Part shown: positions 22,563-36,647 of the stretch, one piece after another
How positions within the stretch are numbered: position 1 is the first letter of the stretch
Layout: the number at the start of each line of letters is the position of its first letter
DNA from: Heptranchias perlo
Taxonomy: Eukaryota
Assembly: GCF_035084215.1 (NCBI RefSeq)
Contig: NC_090325.1
Location: forward strand, 127,286,001-127,350,000
DNA length: 64,000 bases
Reading direction: 5' to 3'
The notes under the pieces: model-generated
What the model saw: only the letters and a program-made list of their open reading frames with translations
Told to the model about the DNA's origin: nothing
Databases searched by the model: none
Position numbers and translations under genes: made by a program

Positions 22563-24368
22563 GGGGTGCATTTTCACCGGCATACTGTTAAGATAAGGCT
22601 GTGGCTTTACAGCATGCTTCAGATCATGTGTCATGCATAGTTATAGCCCACTGTGCCCTTCACAACTTCCCCTTCCAAAACGGGCTGGATTTTGACATTG
22701 CTGGTGAGGAGTCATGTTACCATTGGAGCCAGATGTACTTGGTGGAGAGCATCACGATAACCTGCACTTGGAGGATTCCTCAGTAACTGCTGCAAGGGGC
22801 ATCAGAACAGATCTCCTCACTCAAGTCTGCTGTTCTGTGGACCACAGTGAGCCTTACCACCTCCTTCCCTACTTTCCAATAAAGGGACATTCCTTTATCC
22901 ACTACCCATCCTACAATATGACAACACATTAGCCCTCTTTGATGTGTTGTCATGCCCTACATGAACGTGCCAATAATCACCTGAGTGAATAAGTCAGTAC
23001 CAAATAAATGCACCCTTTCCATATGACTCTAATGTCCATAAATAACAAAACACAATGTCAGTGCACTTTCTGTTTTATTATAGTGAAGTCCAAACTGAAC
23101 AGGAGGCAACCTACTCTTTCCTAACAATGTGCTGCCACTGAGTGGCTACATGTGCTTTGCTTTCATCTAACCTACTGCTTCTTGTAGTTATAACCTAAGG
23201 GCCAGTATCGCGAGAGATGGCTTGGCTGCTCATGCTCTATAAAAGGACCATGGGACTGAGGTGGCCCTCCCTTCATTGCAGCTTGCACTTGGCAGGGATC
23301 CTCTTCTGGCTGCATCGCTGCAGTTTGTTACTGGGCAACCTGGCGTCTCCTCACAGGATCCACTGTCATAGTGCCACCTCCCATGACAAGAGCAGAGTGC
23401 CTCCTCATGAGCTCTTTGGCCTTCATTTCGTAGAGCACGAGGTGTACCAAGGTGGGGGTGCCCGACCGGTTGCCTGGCTCTTGTGGACAATGTGCAAGAT
23501 GATTGAATAAATGTGAGGAAGACTTGCTGTTGAGGAGTGTGTGCCAAGTAGCATGGGAGAACTGAAAAAGAGACGTGAGGGTATCAGCCTGTTAAAGTGG
23601 AGGAAGGGTTTTAGGGTTGTGCATGTAAGTAATTGCTGTTATGGGACCTGGGTATCCATAGTTCAAGATTCCCAGTTAGAGACCCCCCTACCCCTTAAAA
23701 GAACTGCATTGTGAAAGGTTAGTTGAGGAAGTGTTGCTTTAAAGTGGTGCCCAGGGTGGGCAAAGAAGAAAAGGAGCAGTATTACCTTGCCTGCCCTGGT
23801 AAGGTCATTGAACTTCTTGCAGCACTGGTCTGCAGTCTTGTAGGTGAATGCAGGCATTCAGTGCCAGTGCCACCTCCCTTCAGGTGACATGAGTGACATT
23901 TCTGCCAAGGACACCCAGCAGTTTGTGTCTCCTGAAGACAAATTCCTTGGAGAATTTGCAGGTCTAAGTTTGTGAAATTATGGCATCCTCTCTGCCTGTG
24001 TACCACGCCTTGATTCTTTGTTAGGCTGCGTGTGTCAGCTGCTCCTATAGTCGACATTCTAGAAAAGTGTCAGAAAAAGATTAATGAGACATGCAGCGAA
24101 GTTAGCTGAGAGGCAAGCGAGTGAGCCTGCTTGTTCCCTAGTCTGCTGCTGAATTGTGCAGGCTGAACTGTCTTTTTAAAGACTGCCCTCTAATTTCCAT
24201 CCACTTTAGCAGATTGCACCCGTTTTACATTGGATTTATGCCAATCACTGATACAATGGGTATGTAAATGAGAGTCTTCTGCAAATACCTCTCCAGGTGA
24301 CCAGCATGCACAATTTTTTTTTCCATTGGTGTAAAAATGGCACAACACACCACGTGGAAATTCACTCC
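22563..24368 (+). mobile_element. Internally deleted, degenerate PIF/Harbinger transposon in intron 11
   Basis: TIR ggggtgcattttcac / gtggaaattcactcc; transposase C-terminal remnant LQHASDHVSCIVIAHCALHN (+); Myb remnant TADQCCKKFNDLTRAGK|gt (-). Confidence 0.75.
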
Positions 24369-24598
24369 GTGTATTCTTGCATGTCGCTATAAATATTGCA
24401 TGAACAAAACTTACACTGACTTGACCAAACACACATACGTGTGTAAAGGCTGAAAAGTTAATAAACATTTTTTTTTAAATCCTGCCTGTTGAGCTGAGCC
24501 AGAATGTGGACACATCATTCGATAATTGATTTTAGTTGTATATAAGATCTACTTTGCCAGAAGTTGTTCCTCATTTTTGTTTTCTTCAACCTTTCCAG

Positions 24599-24641
24599 GG
24601 GGCTATTCTCACAACAATGCTGGCCACAAGAAACTTCTCGG
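24599..24641 (+). CDS. CAMK2D: CaMKII delta exon 12 (43 nt): GAILTTMLATRNFS, with the Thr306/307-equivalent sites
   Basis: Acceptor ctttccag|, donor G|gtacgt; conserved 43-nt size. Confidence 0.96.
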
Positions 24642-25892
24642 GTACGTGTGCAAATGATGCTGCTTGTGCATCCCCTGTCTACATATTAATTGTGCAGAAA
24701 GCTTAAAATCTTTTGGATTTAGAAACCATTTTCTTCCAAAATTCCACATCCATCTTTAGTCACTATTTGTGGTATAATGAAGTCAGCAATTTTAGAAATA
24801 TTCATAATAGATTGTTTGTTACGCTTACACAACAATTCTCTGTGATAATTTATGTTTGTCAGATGCATATATCAATGTAAATTTGATCAATGTAGCAGTA
24901 AGTATTTCATAATGGTCAATGTTGTGTGGAGGAAGCATTTTATCAATTGCTGTCTGTTTTTCTAGGTTCAGTTTTTAACATTTATTTATTCACAGCTTTG
25001 TCTGCATTTGCAACTTTTGCCTCCAGTGTGTAAATTATCTAAAGCTATTAAAGCACCTGTTTGGTTTTATTCTGATTATCAAATGCCTCTTCAGGTCGTC
25101 TTATGGTAAACGGTATGATACGTTCTGAATAACTGTGGGGAGAAAAAGGATAAATTGGTCAATATAGTATTCTAAAATATTTTGGGGTAAGTGTGGGACC
25201 TAGGTTCATTGTAAGAGTCAGATGATACCTGATAATAAAGATAATTAGGTTTTTGAGTTTGTAGAGAAAAATAGGGCAAAGTAGCATATTGTAAAAGAAA
25301 CTGGGTCAAAAGAAGAGAAAACTAGAGAACCGGGTTAATGTTCAATTTTATGTAAAGAGTGTATGCATAAATTTACAGCCAGTTCCAAATCTGCTGAAGG
25401 AAATCTTAATGATATAATTATTTAAAAATAAGATTCTTGATGAACTGAACCAACCAGGTTTTAGGCACTACAGTAGATTGGAGAGTTTCACATGAGAAAA
25501 AGCAGCAGTTAGCAGAATTAACACAACCTATGAAGTTCCATAGGATGCTGAGCACAGGTGATTTGGGGAACATAAAGGAATGGTGAATCAGGCAGGAAAT
25601 TGAGTATCAACTGAGAAAGAACTTAACATATATCTCTACTTAATAATTTAGAGGAGAAAATTTGTGGTTAGTTTGAGATTAAAGGGAGACTGCTTTGCAG
25701 GAAATGTAGAGGGTACAAATTCAGATTTGTGTAAAAGAGACGGTCAATTTAGAAAAGGCTCTCAGTTGCTCCAGATTTACATCGTTTGTTTGAACTTAAA
25801 TTATGAATTTTTAGGTATAAGGAAATATTATTAGGCCTTTTTTTATCAACCTCACCTACTTACCTACCTTCTCATATCTCTCAAACCCTTCT

Positions 25893-28050
25893 CATAGTCA
25901 TAGTATCATAATATGTTGCAGCACTGACTGAGGCCATTTGGCGTATCATGCCTATGCCAGCTCTTTGAAAGAGCTATCCAATTAATCTCACCCCCCTGCT
26001 CTTTCCCCTTAGTTCTGTAAATTGATTCCGTTCAAGTATTTATCCAATTCCCTTTTGAAAGTTATTATTGAATCTGCTTCTTCTACCACCCTTTCAGGCA
26101 GTGCATTCCAGATCATTACAACTCTCTGTGTAAAAAAAAATGTTTCCTCATGTTGCATTTGGCTCTTTTGCCAATCACTTTAAATCTGTGTCCTGTGGTT
26201 ACTGACCCTTCTGCATTGGAAACAGTTTCTCCTCATTTAATCTATCAATACCGTTCATGATTTTGAACACCTCTACTAAATCTCCTCTTAACCTTCTCTG
26301 CTCTAAGGAGAACAAACCCAGCTTCTCCAGTCTCTCCACATAACTGAAGTTCCCTCATCCCTGGTACCATTCTAGTAAATCTCTTCTGCACCCTCTCTAG
26401 GCCTGGACATCCTTCCTAAAGTAAGGTTCCCAGAATTGAACGCAGTATCCCAGCTGAGGCCTAACCAGTGTTTTATTAAGGTTTAGCATAACTTCCTTGC
26501 TTTTGTACTCTATGCCTCTATTTGTAAAGCCCAGGATCCCATATGCTTTTTTAACAACCTTCTCAACTTGTCCTGCCACCTTCAAAGATTTGTGTATATA
26601 CACCCACAGGTGTCTCTGTTTCTGTACCTCCTTTAAAATTGTACCACTTAGTTTATATTGCCTCTCCTCATTCTTCCTACAAAATGCATCACTTCACACT
26701 TCTCTGCATCAAGTTTCATCTGCCATGTGTCTGCCCATTTCACCAGTCTGTCTACGTCCTCCTAAAGTATGTTACTATCCTCCACATTGTTTACTACATT
26801 CCTGAGTTTTGCATCATCTGCAGACTTTAAAATTATTCCCTGTATACCCAAGTCCGAGTTGTTAATATATATCAAAAAGAGCAATGGTCTTAATACTGAC
26901 CCCTGGGGTACACCACTGTATACTTCCCTCCAGTCTGCGGCACTGCCGTTCACCACTACTCTCTGCTTTCTGTCCCTTAGCCAATTTTGTATCCACACTG
27001 CCACAGTCCCTTCAATCCCATGGGATTTAATTTTGCTAACATGTCCATTATATGGTACTTTATCAAATGCCTATTGAAAGTCCATACACGCAACATCAAC
27101 CACACTACCCTCATCAACCCTCTCCATTACTTCATCAATGAACTTAATCAAGTTAGTCAAATACGATTTTGCTTTAACAAATCCATGCTGACTTTCATTT
27201 ATTAGCCCATAATTTTCGAAATGCCAATTAATTTTGTCCCAGATTACTGTCTCTAATAGTTTCTCCACGACTGACGTTAGGCTGACTGGCCTGTAATTGC
27301 CGGGCTTATCCCTCTCCCGGGCATGTAACATTTGCAATCCTCCAGTCCTCTGGCACTGCCCCCATATCTAAGGAGGATTTGAAGATTGTGGCCAGAACCT
27401 CTGAAATTTCTACCGTTACTTTACTCAGTAACCTAGGATGCATGCCATCTGGACCGGGTGACTTTTCTACTTCGAGTACTGCCAACCTTTTAAGTACCTC
27501 CTTTTTATCTATTTTTATCCTATCCAATATCTCTCCTATCTCCTCCTTTACTGCTACATTGGCAGCAACCTCTTCTCTAGTGAAAACTGATGCAAAGTAT
27601 TCATTTAGTATCTCAGCCATGCCTTCTGCCTCCACAAGACTTCCTTTTTTGCCCCTAATCAGTCCCACCATTCCTTTGACTACCATTTTACTATTTATAT
27701 GTTTACAAAAGACTTTTGGGTTCCCGTTTATGTTAGCCGCTAATCTATTCTTATACTCTCTCTTTACCCTTCTGATTTACTTTTTCAGATCTCTTTTGTA
27801 CTTCCTGTATTTAGCTTGGTTCTCTACTCTAACAATTTTACACTTGTCATAAGCCTCCTTTTTCAGTTTCATTTTAATCTCCATATCTTTAGTCATCCAG
27901 GGAACTCTAGCTTTGGATGTCCTTCCTTTTTCCCCTCTTGGGAATGTACCTGAACCATCTCCTCCTTGAAGGCCTCCCATTGTTCAGTTACTGTTTTGCC
28001 TACCAATTTATGATTCCAATCCACCTGGACAGAGATCCCTTTTCAACTCA
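25893..28050 (-). mobile_element. Degenerate CR1 LINE (ORF2 RT region)
   Basis: KSPGPDGMHPRLL, PGNYRPVSLTSVV, GVPQGSVLRP and LVRPQLGYCVQFW in the ORF track. Confidence 0.9.
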
Positions 28051-29828
28051 CTGAAGTTAGCATCCTTTTGGAAATGTACCTACGGCCTCTCAAACCCATT
28101 TATAATGTTCACTCCTCTGGTAACTTATTCCAAAAATGTAATTTTATGTATAAAAAAAGTTCTGCCTGTTTTCCCATATTTCTAACATCAACTTGTGTCC
28201 CAAGATCTTTGAACTCTTCATTAAAGTGAACAATTTGCCTGGATCAATCTTAAAAAAATCACCATCAATAAGGTCACCTTCAAGTCATCTTTTTGCCAAA
28301 GAAATGAACTCAACTGCCTGGCCTTTCTTCAGAAATTAAATTCCTGATACCCAGAATTGTGCCATTTCCATCCTATCATCAGATAGCCAGAACTGAAATT
28401 TACAGGGGTGGTGACTGAGGCAAAAAAAAATGGAAGCACTATAAAAGAAACACAAGTTGTTTAAGGTAGCAACAGCAAAATATACCAGCAGCAGATTATG
28501 CTGTTAACATGTAAATAGTATTGTATTTCTTGATTTGAATGAGGTAAGCAAAGGCTATATGGAGACTGGACTCCAAAAATAATGAGGAGAAGGTGAGTCA
28601 CGTGGTCTGAGTGAATTAGTACATGTTGATGGAAAATGGGGCGAGACAAACCATTGTATTAGGAGGCTCACTAAGGAGAGGTGTGGATAGTTGCTGTTGC
28701 AAATAGTCTTTTAAGGCAGTATGCGCGGCCCCAACAGCAAAGGGATAAACGCAAACATGAGAAGTTTAATTACTCATTGGACACAATGCTGTGTTCCTGT
28801 GCTGCTCGGACCGGAGGGAGGGACAGCCAATGTTACCTTTGGACGGCAATGGCCAGCGCTCAATAGTATAAATGTGGGAATGGATAAAGCTTTGGAAGAT
28901 TTTTTGATTAGCTTTTAAGGATTCCATCTTTCCCTCAGGAGATTGAAGAGGTTGGTAGAATGTACTCTGCTTGCTGGATGAAATAGCCGTTAGTCATTCT
29001 GTGCTTTTTTTTGCTATTATGCTATTAAATATGTGTGTATTTTATTGGTTTAGGAATTAGTTTTTAAGATTAAAGAAAATTATCATTTGGTTTCAAGTTG
29101 TGATTAAGACTTGAAAATTTGGATATAATCAATATACAGTTTTTTGCTTATGATTCATCCCAAATTTGTATGAATGCAATATAAAAATATTAGAATAGAA
29201 TTCTGCCTAAATAATATCATAAAATCTTAAAACTTGATTTCAGTGGAGCAGATTTGGTGCATTTCAATCTGTTTCGTCAGCGGAGAGAGTTTTCAGGATT
29301 AATCAAAGACATCGCGGGGGTTAAAGTGAGCCGTGTAGCGCTCGTTTATTAGGCGCTACACGGCCAACTAAGACTCGAAAATGGAGTCTGAGATGTGTAC
29401 ACACTTCCGACAGGAAGTGCGCAGGACACCATCTTGGTAAAGGGGTTTGTGCGCGATTAACAACCGCCAGCAGCATGTAGAGCAGGGAGATCACGACGCG
29501 AATCAGTGTGCAACACTGATTTGAAGCCACCACTGTCAATTTGCAACTTCACACTCCAGTGAGTGCCCTGTCTTAACCTCGCACAGCTGATCACAATGTT
29601 AAACAGCATGAAGGACTGCCCACCAGCGCTATTTAAAAGGATAATGAAGTACTTACAGGTTAGTTGCAGGATTATGTCTTCTGGCTGCTGGTGCAATTAT
29701 ACTTTTTGTTGGAGGGTTTTGTACTTGGCTAAAGTTTGAATAAGTTCTCTGCAGGGAGTGGTCTGGCTGGTCTTGCAGTACTTTTTGTGTCATTTAAAAT
29801 ATTGTGCTGAGAAAAGTTGCTTCCAAGC

Positions 29829-31915
29829 ATGGGTGGCCTGGTAGAGCTTCCTCTGGGAATTGAACATGACTGGGAGAATGAAGAGAGGCCTCACAGAGCA
29901 GGACAAGCTGCTGGAAGAGGGAGGAGGAGGAGCAGAGCACTCAGCAGGAGGCCATATCCATGGAGGGTCTTCAGGGACCAATTCTCTTACCTTAATTCAG
30001 CGACAACCAATGAATCAAACGTTGTTGGCTCACAAAAGAGGTCATGACAGAAATCTGTCAAATGCTGCGGCCTCAAAGCAGGACAAAAACAGCATTGCCT
30101 GTGGCTGTCAAGGTGACAGTGGCTCTTAATTTTTATGCCTCTGGTTCCTTTCAGGCTGCTGCTGGAGATATAAGCAACATCTCGCAGTTTGCAGTTCAAG
30201 AGAGGTCATTAAGGCGCTCTATATAATGAAAAACACATTCATCTCTTTCCCCCTTGCCAGAGACAAGCTGGATATACTAGGTCCCTTGCTTTTTGTGATA
30301 TATATTAATGATTTGGACTTAAATGTAGGGGGCATGATTAAGGAGTTTGCAGATGATACAAAAATTGGCAGTGTGGTTGATAGTGAAGAGGAAAGCTGTA
30401 GACTGCAGGAAGATATCAATGGACTGGTCAGGTGGGCAGAAAAGTGCCAAATGGAATTCAATCTGGAGAAGTGTGAGGTAATGCATTTGGGGAGGGCAAA
30501 CAAAGCAAGGGAGTACACAATAAATGGGAGGATACTGAAAGATGTGAAGTGAAGAGGAAGTGAGGGACCTTCGAGTGCATATCCACAGATCCCTGAAGGT
30601 AGCAGTACAGGTAGATAAGGTGGTTAAGAAGGCATATGGAATACTTTCCTTTATTAGCTGAGGCATAGAATATAAGAGCAGGGAGGTTATGTTGGAACTG
30701 TATAAAACACTGGTTAGGCCACAGCTTGAATACTGTGTTCAGTTCTGGTCACCACATTACAAGAAGGATGTAATTGCATGAGAGAGGGTAAAGAGGAGAT
30801 TTACGAGGATGTTGCCAGGACTGGAGAATTTTAGCTGGAGGAAAGATTGGATAGGCTGGGTTGTTTTCTTTGGAACAGAGGAGGCTGAGGGGAGATTTAA
30901 TTGAGGCGTACATAATTATGAGCGGCCTAGATAAAGTGGATAGGAAGGACCTATTTCCCTTAGCAGAGAGGTCAATAACCAGGGTTCATAGAATTAAAGT
31001 GATCGGTAGAAGGATTAGAGGAGAGCTGAGGAAAAAATTTTTCACCCAGAGGGTGGTGGGGGTCTGGAACTCACGGCCTGACAGGGTGGCAGAGGCAAAA
31101 ACCCTCAACTCATTTAAAAAGTACCTGGATGTGCACCTGAAGTGCTGTGACCTACAAGGCTACGGACCAAGAGCTGGAAAGTGGGATTAGGCTGGATGGC
31201 TCATTTTCGGCCAGTGCGGACACGATAGGCCAAAAGGTGTCCTTCTGTGCCGTAAATTTTCTATGATTCTAAGGAGGAGCGAGCATGAGGTTTTGCACAG
31301 ATTGTAGGCTTCCCCATGGTGCAAGGTGCCATTGACTTCACGCACATTGCCTTGCGTGCTCCTTATCTGAACTCAGCCATATTCATCAAGGGATTCCACT
31401 CTATCAATGTGCAGCTGGTGTGCGACCACAAGCAGTGCATCATGCAGGTGAATGCTCGCTATCCTGGGCAGCAATCATGAATCTTTCATTCTGCGGCAAT
31501 CCTCTGTTCCATCTGTATTTGAACCAGCATGGCAAGTCAAAGGCTGGCTACTGGGCAACAAGGGTTATCCCCTCATGACATGGCTCATGAATCTGATCAG
31601 GAACCCATGCACATGTGCACAGTAGGCCTGCAATGAGAGTCATGCTGCCACAAAGAACATTATAGAGCACACCATCAGCATCCTCAAGCAAGTTTGGACT
31701 GCTCAGCTGAGTGGTATCGAGTTTTGAGGTAGCATGCTGCATGCTGCACAACCTGGCCATTATGAGGTTAACAGCCCTTGCCAACACCTATCAGGTGAGA
31801 AACTGAGGAGCAGGAGCAGGAGAAAGTGGAGGAAGAGGAAGGGAGGCTACAACGTAGACAGTCCCTCTCTGCCAGGGATCTACGTGATTAGATTATTCAT
31901 GAGCGATACCAGTAA
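29829..31915 (+). pseudogene. Harbinger (HARBI1-like DDE) transposase pseudogene, split by CR1 at 30275-31270
   Basis: MGGLVELP...RRPYPWRVFR, ALNFYASGSFQAAAGDISNISQ, QGAIDFTHI, VQLVCD, CCMLHNLA; stops and frameshifts present. Confidence 0.85.
30275..31270 (+). mobile_element. 5'-truncated CR1 LINE inserted in the Harbinger transposase
   Basis: LGPLLFVIYINDLD...FADD...GPRAGKWD; the transposase sequence resumes as aggaggagcgagca after the tail. Confidence 0.9.
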
Positions 31916-32119
31916 CCTAAACTACACCTCCCCATTCACCAACAGTCCCACACTCCTTACCTTTCGCCTATCACTGACCATCATATCGTCCTCTTTCTGA
32001 CAACACAGATTGGTTCCTCCCTTAGTTCACCGCAGAAATAAAAACCACCACCAAATGCAAATTCATATCCAAATTTATCAATTCATTCATTAGTTTTAGT
32101 TTGTGTGCATTGGATGAGG

Positions 32120-33549
32120 CTAGTGGTGCATTCCCTTAGTGCCTGTCTTCCGTGTGCCATTACCTTTCCTAGTGCTCGTACAAGGTGCTTCCCCAGTGGC
32201 TACAGTATGGGAGATGGAAGACTGCTGACCTTCAATTGAGGAGACTGCAGATGGTCTTGGAGGACAACCTCGAGCAGCTCTGGGCCTAGAGGGCTCGGCT
32301 TCAGACTGCACCATCTCGGCCTGAGCTGCAGTAGCCTGGGCTGGCTGGCTGACAGGCAACAGCAAGGGCACTGGCGGAGTGGCGGGGCGGGAGCAGGAAT
32401 GCTGTCATCCTGAGAGAGGACAGCAGATTCCTGTTCCATGGAACCACTGCCATTCTCCCAGGGCGGCGGCTCAGCAATCCTGGTGATCTGTTGGAGAACA
32501 GATTGATGAACTGCTGTGACGCCCTGGAAGCTGCTTTTAACAGTGGTATCCAGAGCCACGATGCCAGCAGTCTGAGCTTCCAATGCAGCAGTCAGACCTT
32601 TGGTGGAAGCTGTTTGTTTTGCAATGGAAGCTGTGACATCGGTCATCAGACACTGCATCATGGTGGGTTCCACAGGTGTGCTGATGGAGGTGACCATCTG
32701 TTCCATGTTGGAAAGGATGGGCTCCAAGCTCTGCGCAAAGCCCTGTGCCAAGTTGGAACTGGATTCCTCCATGCTCCTTGATTGCGTATTTACACCATCT
32801 GTAGCTTGTGGGTCAGAAGAGATCGTGGGATGAGGGAGAAGTGAGAAGAGAGGGAGGATTAGGTATGCAGAGACTCTCATTATCGATGCCACCAGTGGCC
32901 ACGACCTCAGCGATGCCCTCTCCCATGGTGGCCAGCACTGATTCCTCCATGGGAGTTAAAACGTGCAGACCCGCTTGTCCTCCTCCAATTTTTTTGTTGC
33001 TGCCTCCTGTTATGCGCCACCTTCTCCTGCAACAAAGAGGGAAATGTGTCGGTGAGTGTCCTGCAACATGTTTGGGTGATGTGGCTATCATGGTTGAACA
33101 GCTGCCAGTGTGTGATCTGTGCGTTGTGGGTGTGAGGTTTGCAAGAGTGCTAAGTGTGTGAGGGTGAGATAAACCATATAAATTGAAGGGTCAAGTACTG
33201 ATTGATAGAGATTGTTGGTAGGTGGGTGATGGGGATGTAGTGAATTGAGCATTGGATGAGGCTCGTGGTGCATTTGGTAGGATATGCTATTTGAAGATTG
33301 AATTCACTCACCTTGATAACTCATGTCAGATCATTAATAAACTTCTTCCTGCATCCATGTTCTTGGAACTATATTTCTGGCATTGACCTCAGCCGCTATT
33401 TCCTCCCATTGCCTCCTGAGCATATGTCTCGAGGGCCTCCTGCACCCCTGCGGATGGGGGGTGTCTCTCCTTCTCTCCAACTCTTGCACCAAGGCCTCCA
33501 ATGCATTATTAGAAAACCTTGGTGCACGCCCTCTCACCAGTTGAGACAT
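32120..33549 (-). pseudogene. Harbinger Myb/SANT-like DNA-binding protein gene (spliced), degenerate
   Basis: Exon 1 33549-33312 MSQLVRGRAPRFSNNALEALVQE...WEEIAAEVNA ending AAG|gtgagt; exon 2 from 33026 (ttgcag|EKVAHN...GGG); coiled-coil-like downstream region. Confidence 0.8.
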
Positions 33550-35260
33550 CTTCACAAAACTTCTTCCAAAGCAATCCACTCCCTAACACCAATTCCTTCA
33601 GCCACAGTGTACCTCCCCTTTAAGAGGTGCAAGCTGATATCGGCCCCCTACTGATGCATGCAGCCAATGAACAGCACAGGTAGCGTTGGCTGCATGCAGT
33701 AATCATGGAAATCAGGCAGCACGAATTTAACATCCTGCCTGCAGCGCGATGAATGGGTGCAGGTTAATCAAGGACTGCGATCCCCGCGTCCGTTTTCAGG
33801 GCTTATCCAATTTAACCCCCCCCCCCACATGTTCTAGCTCAGCAGTTGTTCACTCCATTTGTGGCAGCTCTGCTATTTTGCTTTATCAAATGTAATTCTT
33901 CCTTCGGTAACGCAGTGCAAGGTAACGAATACCTGCAGAATTTGTACAAGCAAATATTAGAATTTTAAAACAATTCTTTAGTTGACAATTTAGTCAGCTG
34001 TTACACGATGGCCTATTTATACACTTAGTACCATAAATTGCTGCTTCTATGTACAGTCTACTCCTGTTAATTCAAAGTCATTTTTTGCTTGAAAAATGTT
34101 GTATTATCCAGTAGTACGAATTAAGCAACTTCAATAAAACAGTACAGGTTTTTCCTGCACAATGTTAATTCTAATTAACAGATAATTCAAATTAAGCAAT
34201 TTTGGATTAAGAGGAGTAGATTGTATATTTACGGTGTAATAGAACAAGTGCAAACCATAGATTTTTGGAAAATATTGTAAACCTGACAAAAACAAAATAG
34301 TTTGATGTATTTCTTTGTTTTTTGTAATCAAGTTAGAGTGCATGACTTGCAAAGTAATGGCTTTTTGTTTTTATTTCATCATTACTAAGTGCACCTGTTG
34401 ACAACTGTTATCAGAAACCCTTGCTCCCAAAATTTCTATAATCCATATTGAAGTCCTTGTGTTGTTTAAATTATTTCGGTTGTCAGCTTGCATCATTAGC
34501 TATTTAGAGCATACAAGACTGGCTGAAAAATACAGAGTAGTATTGCAAATTATTTTTGGCATGTATCAGTGACAAATCAGATAATCAATTCTGCATAAAA
34601 GTTGACAACATAAAAGGATGTAAATGTCTTCTCTTGTTGGTTTGTTCTTCAGTGTTCTTTGATGTTAAATATCTTCGTTTTGTTCTTTTCCCTCTCTTCC
34701 CCTTCCTTTCATCAAACTGCATGTCAGACTTTATTGTTGGGTAATATTTAGCTGTGAGATCCTTTCAGTTATAGTGGGATTAGCTTTGCAAAAAAGGCCC
34801 AATGGATTAATTTACAATTTATCTTTTGTAAATTCAGATGTTTGGAGGGGAGAGAGAAATGACTAGTCACTTGATCTGTTGCGACCGTGTAATTATTATT
34901 CTTTTTATCAATAGTACTTAATATAAGCAGCTTCTGCTAAGTTTGTGACAAAACAGTCATTCACTCAATAAGTTCATAGTGCAATATATAAAATTGCACA
35001 ATTTCTTGGAATATATTTAAAAACACAGGTTTTTTATATGCTGTAGATAACTTTGCGATTCTATGAATAACAGGACTGCCAATTTTAGGGAGGGTGATTA
35101 TTTCATCTGGGTTGTAAACATGAGAAAATATTAAACCTGGCTTCACAGGCAACAATGTCACGTGATTTATTGGGTGCAGACAGAAATTGGAGGTTGGAAT
35201 ATAAACTATGGAACAAATATTACCAAAGGAACATAAATATAATTTGGCCATGTTTTGCAA

Positions 35261-36647
35261 ATATCACTCCATTATTTAAGGGATGGAGAGCGAAGCCAGG
35301 TAACTACAGACCAGTCAATTTAACATCAGTTATGGGGGATTTGGGGAAGTTACTGGAATCTATCATCAGGGCCAGAGTGACTGTGAACTTGGACAAGTAT
35401 GAGCTGATCAGAGACTTAGCATGGATTTAGGGTGGGTCATGCCTGACTAATCTAGCTGCATTTTTTGAAGAGGTCACTAGCATGGTGGATGTCAATGAAT
35501 GTTGTCTATAAGGACTTCCAAAAGGCAATTGATAAGATTCCACATGAGATTATTAGCAAAAGTGTAAACGCACAGAATTGGAGGTAACCTTGTGACATGG
35601 ATTGGTAATTGTTTGGGAGGTAGGGATATGGGGAATGTACTCTGATTGGCGGGATGTGACAAGTGTTGTTATCCAGGAATCTGTACTGGTGCCCCAGCTT
35701 TTCATCATATATATCAATGACCTCGCTGAAGAAAAAGAGTTGTATATCCAAGTTTGCCAATAACTAAGTTGGGAGGCACAATCAGTTGTGCAGATGGGAG
35801 CAGGACATTGACAGACTAAATGAGTAGGCAAAACTATGGCAGATGAAGTTCAATGTGGGAAGAGTGAGGTCATCCACTTTGGATCTGAGAAAGACAAATT
35901 GGGATATTTTCTTAATGGTGTGAGACTAGAAACTATGGAGGAGCAAAGAGATTTAGGTGTCTATGTACACAATCACTGGAAGTGCATAGGTACAAAAAGT
36001 AATCAAAAAGGCTAATGGAATGTTGGCCTTTATCGCAAGGGGTTTGGAATGCAATGGGGAGAAAGTGATGCTCCAGTGGTACAGAGCCTTGTCAGACCTC
36101 ATCTGGAGTACTACATTCAATTTTGGGCACTGAACCTCAGGAAAGACATTTTGTCCTTAGAAGGGTACTATGCAGATTTCCCAGAATGATACCAGGACTG
36201 AAACATTAAATTATGAGGACAGGTTGCATAAACTTGGTTTGTATTTCCTTGAGTTTAGAAGATTAAGCAATGATCTAATCGAGATCATTAAAATGATTAA
36301 GGGATTCGACAGGGTAGATACAATAAAATTCTTTCCTCTGGTGGGGGAATCCAGAACAAGAGGGCATAATCTTAAAATTGGAGCGAGGCCATTTAGGAGT
36401 GAAATCAGGAAACATTTTTTCACACACAGGGTAGTGGAAATCAGGAACTCTCTTCCCCAAAAGGCTGTGAATGCTTGGTCAATTGAAATTTTCAAGACTG
36501 AGATCAATAGATTTTTGTTAAGTAAGGGTTTCAAGGGTAATGGATCAACAGTGGGTAAATGGAGTTGCGGTATAGATCAGCCATGATCTAATTGAATGAC
36601 ACAACAGGCATGTGGGGTGAATGGCCTACTCCTGTTCTAATGTTCCT
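35261..36647 (+). mobile_element. Degenerate CR1 LINE
   Basis: ITPLFKG...PGNYRPVNLTSV and YEDRLHKLGLYFLEFRRL. Confidence 0.9.

Larger units (their letters stand above)
29317..33819 (+). mobile_element. PIF/Harbinger transposon copy 1 (transposase + / Myb-SANT gene -), interrupted by CR1
   Basis: TIR ggggttaaagtga / ccaatttaacccc; two convergent coding regions; collinear with 40312-44824. Confidence 0.85.

Noticed and set aside
30226-30552. In-frame transposase-RT junction (FISFPLARDK-LDILGPLLF)
   Set aside because: A chance in-frame insertion; both partners have stops or frameshifts close by.
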